Assembly: GCF_964194155.1 (NCBI RefSeq)
Contig: NC_135901.1
Coordinates: 31,186,001 to 31,250,000, forward strand
Direction: 5' to 3'
Source: Cetorhinus maximus
Lineage: Eukaryota
DNA: 64,000 bases
The stretch's first letter is position 1. Every line of letters starts with the position of its first letter. Below are positions 62,041 through 64,000 of this stretch, one piece after another. The position numbers and the translations under genes were made by a program. The notes under the pieces are model-generated. The model worked only from the letters and a program-made list of their open reading frames with translations, was not told where the DNA came from and did not search any database.

Positions 62041-63000
62041 AAATTAATATAGGACAGATTTATGTCTAGTGTTTTCACATGGTACATATTAGATGTATTA
62101 TGGTTCTGTAATAAAGTACATTTGCCAAATATTTATAGTCTTGTAATGTAGTACTGTAGCTTCGTTATACATTTCCAGTCATAGAGTCATTACGGCACAG
62201 AAGGAGTCCATTTAAAAAAGTGAAACCTTTGTGCTCATTGAGGTTGTGGTTGTCCGGGAATTTGTTTATTTTAAGGTTATTGGACCCCATGGAGATCGTA
62301 ACAACAGAGATGTGTCTAGTGTTGTTATAGGTCACGACCACTCACTTCCTAAGGAAAGGTCTTCCTCACATCCCCTCATGTATCTCTAATGAAGTGGTGC
62401 ATTACTGTATATTGCACATATTTTCAGTCCTCTAATATAAATATATATATGGCTGGTGGCCTGCATGAACATTTTCAGGTCTGTGTTCTGGACAGGAAGT
62501 GGTGAGCATGGATCTGTCGATCAGCATGAATGGGGGGAGTGTGTGTGGGATGGAGATTTACAGCTTTTGGGTAACAAGAGAGGAAAGAATGTTCTAGAGA
62601 GACTAGAATTGTCTGTTCTGAATTTCTATCCAGCACTGACAGTGATGACTTTTGTAAACTTCTTTTGCAGGATCTTAGAAGAGGAGGTTTTGCAAACAAA
62701 AATCTCAAGCTAAAGGCCAAGATCTGACAGAGTCACTCAGTTCATCGGGACCTGAATATGATCAGCCTTTGAATCTAGAAGGGGAAACAATTGCCTGTTC
62801 TGTCTGCTGCAAAAGGTTTTAAACATCAGTGTGACTGGAAAAGCATTGAGACACACGCTTCCAAGTGAGAGTGTTCCAGTTCACTGACCGTGGAAAGAGT
62901 TTTAACAAGTTACACAGCCTGAGAAAACATCACCATTCACAGTGGAGAGAGACTGTACACGTGACGTTTGAACTTCAATAGTCACAAGGACAACCACTCA

Positions 63001-63678
63001 ATGGAGAAACCATGGAAATGTGGGGACTGTGGAAAGGGATTCCGTTGCCCATCTAAGCTGGAAATTCATCGACGCAGTCACACTGGGGAGAGGCCATTCA
63101 CCTGCTTTGTGTGCAGGAAGGGATTTACTAAGTCATCCAACCTGCAGCTGCACCAGCGAGTTCACACTGGGCAGAAGCCGTTCACCTGCTCTGAGTGTGG
63201 GAAGGGATTTACTCAGTCATCCCACCTGCAAACGCACCATCGAGTTCATACCGGGGAGAGGCCGTTCACCTGCTCTGAGTGTGGGAAGGGATTCTCTCAG
63301 TTATCCCACTTGGAGACGCACCATCGAGTTCACACCGGAGAGAGGCCATTCACCTGCTCTGACTGTGGGAAGGGATTCACTCAGTCATCCCTGCTGCAGA
63401 TACACCAGCGAGTTCACAATGGAGAGAGGCCATTCTGCTGCTCCGTATGTGGGAAGGGATTCACTGATTCATCCAACCTGCAGAGACACCAGCGAGTTCA
63501 CACCGGGGAGAAGCCATTCACTTGCTCTGAGTGTGGGAAGGGATTTACTCAGTCAGTGCACTTGCAGTCACACCAGCGGGTTCACACTGGGGAGAGGCCA
63601 TTCACCTGCTCTGTGTGTGGGAAGGGATTCACTTGTTCATCGGAGATGCTGAGACACCATGGCAGTCATACCAAGTAG
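63001..63678 (+). CDS. C2H2 zinc-finger protein L (8 fingers)
   Basis: [10 protein letters not shown]...HHGSHTK*, immediately followed by the copia LTR. Confidence 0.82.
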   Translation: MEKPWKCGDCGKGFRCPSKLEIHRRSHTGERPFTCFVCRKGFTKSSNLQLHQRVHTGQKPFTCSECGKGFTQSSHLQTHHRVHTGERPFTCSECGKGFSQLSHLETHHRVHTGERPFTCSDCGKGFTQSSLLQIHQRVHNGERPFCCSVCGKGFTDSSNLQRHQRVHTGEKPFTCSECGKGFTQSVHLQSHQRVHTGERPFTCSVCGKGFTCSSEMLRHHGSHTK

Positions 63679-63685
63679 ACCTCTG

Positions 63686-64000
63686 TGTTTGGGTGTTAGT
63701 TGAATCAATTGAGGTTAAGTATATATTGATTGGATATTTACTTGAGCACAAATAAAGAGAGACTTACTGACATAACGTGGAGTCAGGAGGTATATACCTG
63801 TAATGGTTAATTCTGTGAATAAATCTATACCAAAGTAAAGATTGACTCCACCCTAAGGCTGTCAGGATTATAACATGGTAAAAGAGAATGCTTGTCTAAT
63901 GGTGAAGGTTGGAATCTAAAGGAAAATAAAATTTCAGACAGAAATTTATAATCTGAGTAACTTTTGTGAGAAATGGCTGAAAGCAAGTGGAAATTGCCAG
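63686..64000 (+). mobile_element. Ty1/copia (GalEa-like) LTR (~63686-63875), PBS and start of gag (runs off the window)
   Basis: Homologous to 14691-15030: ...TATAACA TGGTAAAAGAGAAT; ATGGCTGAAAGCAAGTGGAAATTG. Confidence 0.8.

Overview
Vertebrate DNA, almost certainly from a cartilaginous fish (shark/ray), judged from its repeat complement: CR1 LINEs, a DeuSINE/SacSINE-like SINE and Penelope-like elements. The window is a dense cluster of about 12 KRAB-less, poly-C2H2 zinc-finger genes and pseudogenes (labelled A-L here), about half with intact ORFs. They are arranged head-to-head around seven copies of a CpG-rich bidirectional promoter/5'-exon module and were amplified by direct and inverted segmental duplication. 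Main unusual points: (i) each gene's 5' UTR is a fossil of three N-terminal zinc fingers, with an in-frame stop exactly 13 codons before the apparent start ATG in 11 of 11 copies; (ii) many short Penelope-derived insertions carry minimal hammerhead-ribozyme motifs, several with clear target-site duplications; (iii) a GalEa-type Ty1/copia LTR sits directly behind three genes and may supply their poly(A) signal; (iv) one gene has a homogenised 17-finger array; (v) a 1.7-kb degenerate telomeric array lies between the arms of a large inverted duplication. All calls were made by eye. Repeat boundaries are approximate, and splice and expression statements are inference.
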